DNA from: Octopus vulgaris
Lineage: Eukaryota
Assembly (NCBI GenBank): GCA_951406725.2
Contig: OX597816.1
Location: forward strand, 55,986,001-56,050,000
Length of the DNA: 64,000 nucleotides
Direction of reading: 5' to 3'
The notes below the pieces were generated by a model, which did not search any database, was not told the origin of the DNA, and was given only the letters and a program-made list of their open reading frames with translations. A program made the translations under genes and the position numbers. The number at the start of each line of letters is the position of its first letter. Position 1 is the stretch's first letter. Below are positions 51,950-64,000 of the stretch, piece after piece.

Positions 51950-54479
51950 TGAATGGTCGTTGACTCAATCGTTTTATGGTGTGGGCATCGATGTTAAAAC
52001 ATTTCCGATAGGAAACCAGTTATTCTGACACCTGACAGATTTCGCTAGGAAGCAGAGGTAAAAAAAGAACACGGGGGTGATTATATTCCAATGGGTTTCA
52101 ACGTAATATGATGCGTTAGTTAATTTTTAACTTACTCTTTTCTCTTTCCCTGGTTCTTTAAATTTTAGAATGTGTGGAACTGCTAATTTGCTTTGAGCAT
52201 TTTCTGTCTGCAACCCACAACTTGTTATTTAAACTTAAAATTCAATTCACCCTCTGCGGCGTACAATAAATATCGGTTTTCTCTTTTTTTTTTTTGCTAG
52301 CAAACATTTGGTGTTTTTGTAGCTGTTCTGTTTATTTCTGAGGTGATTTTGGTTCCCACGCTGATTTGAGTTGTGATAGTTTGTTTCAGTGGGCATAAAA
52401 CCTTCAAATCTTCTTTTGAATCGAACACAAATTACTCACCAATCAGTTCAAACAAACTTTCGAATTAACATAACACCTCTTATTCACCAAAAGGTAATGT
52501 GTTTGGAATTGGGTATGATGGCTGAAATATATTCAAATACTTTAATTTTAGATTCGTTTGAAACAAATATACCTATATTTCTTTACATATAGAGATACAT
52601 ATTTTTTGTTTAACTTATGTAGACATCTTGCTACAATACTTTCAGACTGCGATGTTCATCTCATCTTCATAGCAACTGAATAGTATCGGCTTCACCTCCC
52701 TTGTTTTTTGTAATAAAGTGTAATTCGTATAAAACACTGTTAAGCTTGTACTGGAGTGGAGAGAGGTTTTATGATAAATCGTGACAAATCTGTCTGTGAC
52801 AAGAATATGATAAACTAGTTTGAGTAGAGATAAAGTTCATACGAAATTCTTGATGGTTTCTCCGGCTTCTAATCTCATGGTAACGTGATCACTTCTTCAT
52901 GGGACGACCCTAAATAATTATACTCTGATAAGCTTTCTCTTCTCAGAGCTGCAATTCATAACAAATCTAGAGCAATGTTAATTATCGCAATTGTTTCTCC
53001 TACAACTTGTGTGTTTCTACCGGTGTTACTGTTTTTGTTGCTATTAACAATTGTCATGATGTGTTGGTCCTTTATTCCTTATCATTTATAACATTTCTAC
53101 TATTCGTAGACCGTTCGTTTATATTTACTGGTATCTGTAACGTTACATTATATTCTTAATACTTGAGCTACTATGATAGCATTTCTTTTATCCGTTTTGT
53201 GTGCTACAATTTCTTTTATAATTTTCTCCTGATCTACCTTCATGTTAAGACTGCCAGAATTAGATGTATTTTATGGGCACAGTTTGACATTTGATGCTAA
53301 ACTACGTATGACAATGCAACCGAATGTGCATACGTAATCTCTCGCTGGCAGACTTCGGAATATAATGTGGTAGCAATAGAATTATTCCATTTATACGTTA
53401 TTCTTCTAACAAAAACATTCAACAGGGTAAAAACTGGAATACGGAACAAACCGAACCACCATGTCTCTATCTGCCCGGTGTCAGTCTAGGCACCGTTTGT
53501 GCTTTCCCTGGCTGGAAACAAAGGAAGCATTGTTAAATTGAAAGAGTAAAGGAAAGTAAACTTACACAAGGACGGATCACAGAGAATGACTGGGATGCTA
53601 TATAGAAATATAGCCATCCACAGGGAGACGGAGGTTAAAGGTAAACGATAGGATACTGGTGTCAGTGAGCACTAGGAGGAGAAGTAAGAGAAGGAGAAGT
53701 CCAAGCAATAGCTAGGACACTAACAACAGCAATAGAGCAACCACAGTTCTTGGGGTAATGAGTAAAGTGATAGTAAGTCTGAAATAAATATAAAACTGCT
53801 TTGAATAAACTTGGAGGAGTATGAGGCGAAAATATGAGAGCAACAACACACCCAACAATGATCTAATATACAATTCCTGACCCACCTTAACACCATTTAA
53901 TGGTTGCGAGAGTAACGTCCGAAAACATGTTTCTTATCTGTCTAAATAATTCGAGCCGTCTTGTATCCGCTGAGGTATGGACAGTCGTTTGTCTGAGGGC
54001 ACTACTCTGGCTCCCGGTCAAGTCGAGAATCACCGAATTACCGTTTAAATCATGGGAGACTGTATGTATGATGTGGCCTAAAAATTTCTGAAAGAACACA
54101 GCCCCATCATCGTTCGACTACGACAAACCATGAGATGACTACATCTTGTATTCAGAAAAATGCTTGTGTTCAGGTGCTCCTGGTTTCTCTAACCTCTCTC
54201 TGTCCTATGTGTAGCGTCCTGAGGTCATTCAGTTATAAACTTGCTTTCAAGCTGACCCCATGCCACACATATGAAGGAAGGGTCTCTCACCTGCGTCCTC
54301 CAGGCAGACGGACGCCTAATTCAGTTCCGTTTTAGTTAAGAGAGAGGTTTTGAAAGCAGTTTGCAAAGGATTTTTATTATTTCTTTCATTTGTTTCAGTT
54401 ATTTAACTGCGGTCATGCTGGAGCACTGCCTTTAGCCGAACAGATCGACCCCAAATTTTTGTAAACTTATTTCTTATTC

Positions 54480-55000
54480 TCCCCTTTGCTACGGGGGGGT
54501 GTAGCTCCTCCGCTTTAACCAGAGGATCTTCCTTCCCTCCCGCAGCCTTGGGGTCCTTCAGTGGGCAACCATTGTTGCCCACCTTCTTCCTTCACCCCTT
54601 TTTGTTCGGGGGTGGGGGTCTTCACTGCCTCCATCTCTCCATCCGAAGGAGGAGGTGGGGGTTCTTCTATCAATAACTGTTCCAGAACCTTACCTTGGTC
54701 CTGGGGACAGTTTTTTTAATATGGCCTAGTTCCAGGCACAGGTAACACATGGATGGGGGGCATCCCTCACGAATTACAGGATACCTAGAACCGGCCATTT
54801 TAAGAAAATCTGAAAACACCACATTCTTGACTGATTGGGTCCACAGGGTCAAAATCGCCGTTGACCAAACCCAATCACCCGCAGGCAAAATTTGACATTG
54901 AGGAGTTTGGCTCCGCTGCCACCCAGACCCCGGCGGATAGTGTCTTCTATCCACTCGGGTTCTTTTCTTGAGTGTTAGCCTCAACCCGTTCCCCAGTTTG
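54480..55000 (-). mobile_element. LINE ORF1 (gag-like) fragment with a zinc knuckle
   Basis: CYLCLELGHIKK(N)CP is a CX2CX4HX4C knuckle, frameshifted in an A-run. Confidence 0.7.
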
Positions 55001-57619
55001 ATAGTACAAACTTGCATCTTGGATTCCTTTGTCTAAGTCCAGTCTTGTTGCAAGAACTTAGGCCAAGCTTCCGGTATGAAGATAACATCACTCCTCTAAA
55101 TCCTACCAGTTCCAAAGGTGATATCACCAGTCTCTGTAATATGGCATGGGAACTGTCTTTCCTCTTCACTGAAACAAATTAGAAAACGATAAATACTTAA
55201 ATTTTGCGGAGATCTAAAAGTACTTTGTATATCAAAAGACGTTACAGGTCAAAAGCCAACAATGTTTTACGTACAAAAATAGAAAACTAAACAAACGACA
55301 ATGATAAAAACACTGAAAAACTCGAAAATGTACCCACCCCCCAAAAACAAGAACAAAGTAAATAATATACAACACACTATTACCAAATGCTCATAGATTA
55401 TTGAATGCAAGACAAACTGTGAATTAAAGGTAATGTGAGAAAGATTTGAGAATGGAAAATTCTAATGCAGGAAACTATAAATATGATAAGAATCTGGAAG
55501 ATGGAAATAAAGAATTAAAATCGATCATTTATTCCAATCGACCAAAGATATCACGTCCACCTCAAACGATAAAACATTATAAGGAAATAACAACAATAAA
55601 AACCGATGCAAACCAGTTGATCACAAAATTAATTATAGCTGACACGAACATCAATATCAGATTGATGAACAAAATAAGAGCAGGAAGAAAACTGAGTTCC
55701 CCGTTATATGTACACATACAGGAAAATCAATCCTCAAGTAAACAAGTGGAAAAAAACATCACCCGAAATGCAAAGTAGAAGAAAATATCTCTAAACCCTT
55801 AAATTATCAACAACAAAACAATTGTTTTGTTATTGATATTATTGAGGGTTCTAATACTTCAGTATTAGGACATAAGAATGGGTGGGTGTTCAAAACCAAA
55901 GAATTCTCGAAACAGAGAACTTTACTAAATCCAAAAGAATTTGTATGAAGAACGACAAGGATTCTTTGAACCCAAGCCAAAATCGACGATTTTCTCAAGA
56001 ATCACATAAAAAACAGATAATCCAGAAATCAATGCACCACTAACATTAAGAGACCGAGATGAATTATGAAATGAAGTCTGGAGTCACTTCGGACAATAGT
56101 GTTGAAAAACAAAACTAGCCTTGAAAACTCGTGGCTAACTAAAACCTATTAAGAGTAATTCAGATGTTATAAAACAGCATGTGAACAAGAAAATAGAACA
56201 AAACTCTCGGTGAAAAGGGGATAAAAAGAACATGTAGCAAACACTAGAGTTACACTAGAAATAGACACCAATATACTAAAAGCGTGAAAGAGTTGAAGGC
56301 CACAATGGATCAATAGGAAAATTCCATATAGTCACATTAAGCTAATTATCAAGAATGGTCTAATTGTCTACGGCTGCATGTTTGCTGGGAACTCATTATC
56401 CGAGACCATATTTCCAGTCCAACCTATTATTCGTGAAATTTAATGGAGAACAACCCAAAATTTTATAGTATTGATTTCAAGAGATCCAAGTATAAAGCTT
56501 CTGAGAAATGAACGGCAAAGTTAACTACAGGAAGATGGATTAGAATTGTGAACTTGATGTTAGAGACTCGAGTTTAATAGCATTAAGAGTCAATCACATG
56601 TGGCATTATATTAAATGAGTTTGCCTGACCACGGTCAAACAGCAGCCTCTTTAGAATTGGACCTGCCTGCTCAGAGGCTGGACTTATGGAGACGACATAT
56701 AAATGGCTGTTGTATATAATAACCAAGCAGGGAGCTTAAGGAAGTCTGAATGTGAAATCTAAATGGTAGACTTGCAAACATGAAGAACAATAACAGCACT
56801 ACCAGTTGTCGTCTGCATCTACGACGGCTGTTTAAGCAGTTCGCATTGTCAGTTATTTTAATTTAGATTGTCCTTCACTAAACTAAATATTTACAATTAA
56901 CAAACTCAATATTTGTTATGACAATTTGAAATTAAGAATAAACCAGAAGACAGGTCTCGTAGAAATCGGGAGTGTTCTGCGTCAGTAAATATTAATCCAC
57001 ATCTGCTTGAAATCAAATGTAAATTCCATTAAATTAATCTGAGGAAGGAATTTTTTTAAAACGTAACTTTTCGGGCTGTTATCCTTCTTCAGAGAGAAAA
57101 CATATAAAGAATGGTGACATAAACAAAGGTCACAGAATGGTGACATTTCTATTGATGATTTTAATATTTTCAATAAAACTTATGCGACTATTATAATAGT
57201 TATTAGGGCAATGAGCTGGCAGAACATTTATTCTGGTTTTCTATTCTGGGTGCATATGTCACTGAGGTTGATGTTGTCTTTCATCATATTGGGATCGATA
57301 AAATGAGTACGAATTGAGCACTAAGGTCAATGTAATCGACTTATACCCTCTCACGAAACTGCTGGCTTTGTGCGAAAAATTTGCAATTATAATATTAGTT
57401 ACTGTATTATTTCTGTTGACATGACATCAGAGTCTGCTTTATTTCAGTTTAAAAAAGATTGAATACCTGAGATGTTTCATTCACAACAGTAAACCTCTTC
57501 ACTGTAGACTCTAATTACGACGTTCAGTGATTATCTCCGAAATATATGAATATAAGCCATTTAGAATTATATTATTAGAGACATATTTATACCGACAAAA
57601 TTGAAGAATATATTTTTCT

Positions 57620-58010
57620 ATTCTAGGCACATGGCCCGAAATTTGGGGGGAGGGGGTCAGTCGATTAGATCGACCCAAGTACGCAACTGGTACTTAATTT
57701 ATTGACCCCGAAAGGATGAAAGGCAAAGTCGACCTCGGTGAAATTTGAACCCAAAACGTAAAGACAGACGAAATACCTATTTCTTTACTAACCACAAAGG
57801 GCTAAACACAGAGAGGACAAACAAGGATAGACAAGCGGATTAAGCCGATTATATCGACCCCAGGGCGTAACTGGTACTTATTTAATTGACCCCGAAAGGA
57901 TGAAAGGCAAAGTCGACCTCGGCGGAATTTGAACTCAGAACGTAGCGGCAGACGAAATACGGCTACGCATTTCGCCCAGCGTGCTAACGTTTCTGCCAGC
58001 TCACCGCCTT
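57620..58010 (-). mobile_element. SINE family B, head plus tandemly repeated body
   Basis: Same organisation as 13445-13862. Confidence 0.88.
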
Positions 58011-59017
58011 ACAGATGAAGAATATAAGATCATATGATGAAGGGTTGATTGCCCTGGTGGAACAGATAACATAATTCGTACATCATTTAGGTCTGAACAT
58101 TTGCAATCTGTGTTCAAATCTAGAATGCGCCACGTTCAAATTTGCATTTCATTCTTCCGGTGTGGTGATGGGATAAAATTAGTAGCTGTCAAGTACTGGG
58201 ACGAATTTAAAATTCATATCGTCATCTTCGAAATGAATGGAATTATAATAAATGACTCCGTAGACAAAAACGGTTTACTTTTCATGTAATAAATCTGTTG
58301 ACATTAAACAAATCTTCATATTATAACGGAAAAAAAAATCCGAGTGTTTTCGAGAGAACAAGTGAAACAGTTGTTTGTAATAAAATTTCTTTTCACGTAG
58401 TTTTATTTCATCAAATTCATTAGCGACTTGAATAAGATTGAATATGTTAAAACTTTCAAATAATAGTGAAATACAGCTTCAGAGGAGATTGGTAACTGAG
58501 ATAGGCAACCACAAGACAATGGTATGAATAATTATAAGGTGCGTGTACGATCTCCTCCCACAGTGACACAGGCATGACTACAAGAAATTAGATTTTCAGT
58601 CTCTACGATCTGGCCATAGATAACAATATACTCTATTAATATTCCCTTCGTTGAATGAGCTTCTTTATAACATTGTTTGGTAGAAAATAAGAACATACAG
58701 GAGACACAATGATTAATAAAATAGAGTATAATAGAAATGCCTTATGAATTAATGAGATTAGCAATCAGGAAATGTCAATAATTAAAATGGAAAATGAATG
58801 GATTGCTACTGACCAAATGGTTAGCGTTTATGATCGATAGTTCTATATTTCAATTAGTTATTACACTATACTGTTGTTCAATTTCCTTAAATAATTCATT
58901 TACGACCATACATATATAACGTATATACATACATGCATATACATATGTATACACACGCACACACGCACACACGCACACACACACAAACACACACGCACAC
59001 ACGCACACACACACACA

Positions 59018-59090
<73 letters not shown>

Positions 59091-59092
<2 letters not shown>

Positions 59093-59243
59093 GAAGGCGT
59101 TCACGCACTAGAAAAATCTTCTTCCCTAAAAAGTTAGTAACATCGTCATAAAAGATTTGATAACATTTTTTTTTTTAAATATTTTTTTTAAATCACCTTT
59201 TCAATTCAGAATCTTGTATTAATTAGTTCTCATAGACTTTCAA

Positions 59244-59294
<51 letters not shown>

Positions 59295-59457
59295 GACACA
59301 CACACACGCACAGTCTATGAGAACTAATTAATACAGATTCTGAATTGAAAAGGTGATTTTTAAAAAAAGAGTCTTTTTTAAAAAATGTTATCAAATCTTT
59401 TATGACGATGTTATTAACTTTTTAGGGAAGATTTTTCTAGTGCGTGAACGCTTTCAT
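59091..59457. repeat. Fold-back: about 147-bp inverted arms around a (CA)n spacer
   Basis: ATGAAGGCGTTCACGCACTAGAAAAATCTT...AGTTCTCATAGACT (59091-59238) is the reverse complement of 59312-59457. Confidence 0.9.
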
Positions 59458-59470
59458 TTAGTCTTATATA

Positions 59471-59521
<51 letters not shown>

Positions 59522-60008
59522 GTGCGTGTGTATATTGGTTTCAAATTTTGACACAAGGCCAGGAATTTCGGTGTGGGAGTGTAATTTCATTACATTGACA
59601 CCCCCACCCTTCTCAGCTGGTACTTATTTTTTCGATTCCGAATGGATTGTAAGTCACAGTCGACTTCGACGAAATTCGAACTCAGAATGATCGAAGGAAG
59701 TATTGGATGTTGTTTTACATCGCTGGTCTCAATCCACTTTGCATCATTTTGGTTTTCAAATGTTGCCACACCGTTGGGTAGGCGAACAAGCCAAAATTCA
59801 CCCTTGATCGGGAGGGTGGCCCGTCGCAGGTGTACTCATTTACAGCTGCGTGAACTGGAGTAACGTGACATGCAGTGCTTTGCTCAAGAAATGAAGTATT
59901 AGATCCCACGATCTGGCGATCGTCAGTGAAACACCCGAGCCGCTAGGCCACGTGCCAATGAAACACCCTAACTACTTGGACATGCGGCCATGTATATGTC
60001 TGTGTGTG

Positions 60009-60046
<38 letters not shown>

Positions 60047-60072
60047 GTGTGTGTATATTTATATATATATAT

Positions 60073-60115
<43 letters not shown>

Positions 60116-60129
60116 TATATAAACATATA

Positions 60130-60193
60130 TATATATAGAACTATATATAAATATACATGCATATATATATATATATAGAACTATATATAAATA

Positions 60194-60232
<39 letters not shown>

Positions 60233-60300
60233 CTATATATAAATATACATGTATGTATATATATATAGAACTGCATATAAATATACATGTATATATATAT
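60130..60300. repeat. Minisatellite derived from a TA microsatellite (about 4 x ATAGAACTATATATAAATATACATG plus variable TA)
   Basis: AGAACT recurs four times. Confidence 0.75.
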
Positions 60301-61339
60301 ATATATATATAAGTATGTATGTATGTGTGTGTGTATTACTTCGTATCAAAGATTAATAAACACACACACACACTCACAAACACTCTCTCTCTACCAATGA
60401 AAGTGACTACGGATAAAGTTTTTTCCCACTTGCATAACCAGTTCTAGATCTACATTGTCGGTAAAACTATGTTTCTTTATTGTCAATGGAGTTGTTAATG
60501 CACCAAGCGATCTGAATGTTTCTGGTTTTAGGTGACATGTTGACATCAAAGTTAAAATAGAACATTTATTACCATCAACAAAGGAAGTTAGATACCAAAA
60601 CAATAATGCCATCTCAGTTAAATAAGGACATATTACTTGCTAGACATAATACTAAATGCAAGCTTGTCTCTCACGTTTTTATTTCCTGTTCGTACATGGC
60701 GAATCAGCGAAATATCTCGAGGCAAGATTTCTAACAGGATTTTTTACTTTATCGCTTTTGTTTGTTTGGTTGGTTGTTTTATTCTCATATTTCTCTTTAT
60801 AAATATAACAATAATAACAATAACAAAATTAGCGGTAGCAGCAACAACTACTATAGTTATTGTTAGTGATGTTGTTGCTGTTGCTGCATCTGTTTTACTT
60901 CTGAGAGATTTCGGTCTTACTTACGCTGGTTGATTCTGCGAGAGCGGACAGCAGCCTGTTGTCAGAGGACTCACAGGGTCCCTTTCGCCATTTCATTAAC
61001 GCACAACAGATTAAACTGTTTGAGAGGACACAAATATACGAGACCCAATATCAGACCTGTCATGACTGCCCGTCTGGTAAGTGTACACCAGGCACATGCA
61101 TCACACACAACCATATATGCACGACATAGTGACCTCATATGAAGATATGTAGTTCATGACCTTACAGGTGGGGCCCAGTTAGATTTTTCTTCGGGTTGAG
61201 TAACCCCTCCGCTCAAAAGGTCTCTGAAAGGTTACTTAAGGATGATGAAAGAAACATTTGTATTTCCAGAGGTGAATTATGTAAGCCCCAACGACTTCCT
61301 CTCAACACATGGCTAAGATGATTCCCCCAATTATACATC

Positions 61340-61865
61340 ATTATTATTTTTATTAACATTATTTTTATCACAGGTTTTGTTGGAGCTTCTGCAGTCCTAC
61401 ATGCTTAGCGGGCTTGCTACCGACTGTATCATGCTATCCATTCTTTTCAGCCAGCTAAAACTTTCCTGCTTATTCTGGCCGTACTAATTAGGCAAATCTT
61501 TTGTAACAGTTCTACTGGACAGTATTTCAATTTCCTTTATATTCTCCCTGATGCATTTTGATATTCTTCCCAAGGACCTAACAATAATTGGCACTATCTT
61601 CACCTTCATTTTCCATAGCCAGGCTATTTCATACTTAAGAGGGTTGTAGTTATCTATCTTTTAGCCTTCTGTCTTGAATATTCGTGGTTCAAATGGGAAT
61701 TGCAACATCAACTATATAGCATATGTGGCGCACCTTGTCCACAACCACTCGATCCGGTCTGTTATTCTCTAGCACCTGATATGTTTGGATTGAGAAATCC
61801 CAGAGGATTTTGCTTGTCTCCGACTCTTCCACTCTCTGCGGTTTGTGTTACATCGACCAGCTGAC
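61340..61865 (-). mobile_element. Dong/R4-like RLE LINE 3' fragment
   Basis: LWDFSIQTYQVLENNRPDRVVVDKVRHICYIVDVAIP...LKYEIAWLWKMKVKIVPIIV; ends in a decayed TAA tract. Confidence 0.85.
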
Positions 61866-61869
61866 AACT

Positions 61870-62210
61870 AGGAATGCGATAAGGAAGAAAGGAAAGCCAA
61901 TAGATATGACAGGTTAACTTGGGAGATAAAGCAGTTGAGGTCGATGAAAAAAGTGCTAGTAGTACCAATAGGTGGCGGAGCCCTGAGAACAGTGAGCAAA
62001 AATCTTGAGAAGTACATGGAACAAATAGGGGCTGCAATAAGGGTGGAGAACTTGCAGAAAACAGCACTGCTTGGAACCGCTCGAATACACCGGAAGGAGC
62101 TCAAAAAATAAGACGTTTTTACCTTAGTTCACTGGTAGTGAACGGCTGACACTGTAGTACAACTCCAGCGTTAGAAGCTGTGCAAAGGCAATCATAAAAA
62201 TAATAATGAT
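61870..62210 (+). mobile_element. Dong/R4-like RLE LINE 3' fragment
   Basis: RYDRLTWEIKQLRSMKKVLVVPIGGGALRTV...LQKTALLGTARIHRK, with a TAA-like tail. Confidence 0.85.
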
Positions 62211-62239
62211 AGTTATAATAAACAAAAACTAAACAAAAA

Positions 62240-63018
62240 GATATAGACAAAGCAATATCTCAACAGTGGCAGAGAAACCCAAGACTGAAAGCAGAGAGTG
62301 AAGGATTTTTAATTGCAGCACAAGACCAAAGCCTTCTCATCAGAAATTACTAAAAACATGTAATGAAAAGAAATACTGCAGAATATGGGGAGATGGAGAA
62401 GAAACAATAAATGATATTATCTCTGACTTCCCAGTCCTGGCTAATAAGGAATATATTCACAGACACGACAGATTTGGGACCTATATACACTGGAAGCTAT
62501 GCCAACACTATGGAATAACATGCCAACACTATGGAATAACAACAGAAAAAAGATGGTATAAACACACGCCAGAAAAGATCACAGAACAAGAGAAAGCAAC
62601 CATACTATGGGATATGCCAATACACACATAGAGAAATTAAGGCCAATAGGCCGGATATAGTTGTCAGAGATCATGAAGAAAAGGAAATGTTTTCTAATTG
62701 ATGTATCAACACCAACAGATGACAATGTTTCTCTAAAAGAAACGAAGAAACTTTCAAAATATAAAGACCTGGAAACAGAGGTAACTCGAATGTGGAGTCT
62801 GAAAACAGAAATTATTCCTATAATGGTAGGCCATTAGGTATGAGAGAAAAATAGGCGCAGGAGTGGCTGTGTGGTAAGTAGCTTGTTTACCAACCACATG
62901 GTTCCGGGTTCAGTCCCACTGCTTGTCACCTTGGGCAAGTGTCTTCTACTATAGCCTCGGGCTGACCAAAGCCTTGTGAGTGAATTTGGTAGACGGAAAC
63001 TGAAAGAAGCCCGTCGTA

Positions 63019-63102
<84 letters not shown>

Positions 63103-63540
63103 TGTGTCTGTGTTTGTCCCCCTAGCATTGCTTGACAACCGATGCTGGTGTGTTTATGTTCCCGTCACTTAGCGGTTCGGCGAAAGAGACCGATTGAATA
63201 AGTACTGGCCTTACAAAGAATAAGTTCCGGGGTTGAGTTGCTCGATTAAAGGCGGTGCTCCAGCATGACCGCAGTCAACTGACTGAAACAAGTAAAAGAG
63301 TAAAGAGTAAAGAGTAAATACATAAGAAAAATACCAGGACTTACAAGTATATATAACAGAAAAATATAGCACTACTAGGCAGCGCACACATCCTACATAA
63401 AACACTTTCAATACAGTAAAAATGAGGATATCACAACAGACTTACAGCACATACCCAAGACACATAGAGCTGCGCTTGGCAGTGTAGTGAAAGCGCGTGA
63501 TAAACATAAGACTGCTGAATATAACAATAACAATAAGCCT
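62240..63540 (+). mobile_element. Dong/R4-like RLE LINE 3' portion interrupted by a SINE
   Basis: EGFLIAAQDQSL, ETINDIIS, YIHRHD, TILWDMPI, IKANRPDIVV and KYKDLETEVTRMWSLK; it resumes after 63317 with KIALLGSAHILHKTL. Confidence 0.9.
62854..63317 (+). mobile_element. tRNA-derived SINE family A, full length, with an internal TA/TG microsatellite
   Basis: tRNA-like head GGCGCAGGAGTGGCTGTGTGGTAAG...GGTTCAGTCCC and an (AGTAAAG)n tail. Confidence 0.9.
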
Positions 63541-64000
63541 ACTTTCTTTATTTAATCACTTCGGGTTCACAAAATGCATTTGGGGATGATAGAGTAGAAT
63601 GGAATCTGGTGTCGCAAAAGTGCAAAAAGCAAAAACTACAAAAGTATAAATTTTAACAATGCATAAGTACCGAAAGGAGGGAGTCTTCCTAGGGCTGGTC
63701 GTGGAAACTCCACAAACCTATTGAGGCCCTGACCACTAGGGCAAGTCCCCTCTCCACATCATCTACAGCTGCAGGCCTGCCATATTCACCCGCCCTTTAA
63801 CAAAATTGCTAGGAGACACCCCTCACTGTAGCCCCACTTTCTATTACGACTGAAACTAGAAAATGTTGATGAGGGCTTGGCTAAATAGAGGTGTGACTTC
63901 ATCCCTTTCAATCTGGCCCACGACACAACGTCTTTTGCTACAGCCACCACACAAACAAAGACTGCCTGCCCTTCCCGGCCAATCAAAGGCGGTTGGACGA
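63540..64000 (-). mobile_element. L1/Tx1-like LINE 3' end (runs off the window)
   Basis: C-terminal-like VFVCVVAVAKDVVSWARLKG followed by a UTR ending AATAAAGAAAG. Confidence 0.55.

Noticed and set aside
55440-56500. A-rich stretch with a 110-aa ORF; similar stretches at 48560-49200 and 52600-53400
   Set aside because: Probably very old LINE debris, but no diagnostic motif could be read.
57060-57096. CTGAAGA...CCCGAAA hammerhead-like string on the minus strand
   Set aside because: No stem I pairing; may be chance.

Overview
AT-rich, microsatellite-dense animal genomic DNA. The SINE families and compound TA/CA/GATA/TAA microsatellites look like an Octopus (cephalopod) genome; this is an inference from recognising the repeats. 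One host gene is visible: a 1.37-kb first coding exon (3761-5130, +) of a secreted type-B carboxylesterase/cholinesterase-fold protein. It lacks the GxSxG nucleophile elbow and the catalytic His, carries a His-rich loop and has 12 N-glycosylation sequons. It ends at a phase-2 GT donor and I could not find the next exon, so the remaining ~59 kb may be intron. That remainder is decayed transposons: piggyBac, Tc1, DD41D mariner, a Helentron-like element, CR1-like, RTE, Tx1-like and Dong/R4-like LINE fragments, and tRNA-derived SINEs. It also holds several long fold-back inverted repeats, short TA-flanked elements carrying minimal type-I hammerhead ribozyme motifs, and a 4.2-kb near-identical duplication straddling a 100-N gap (probably an assembly artefact). 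Nearly all other ORFs in the track are microsatellite translations.
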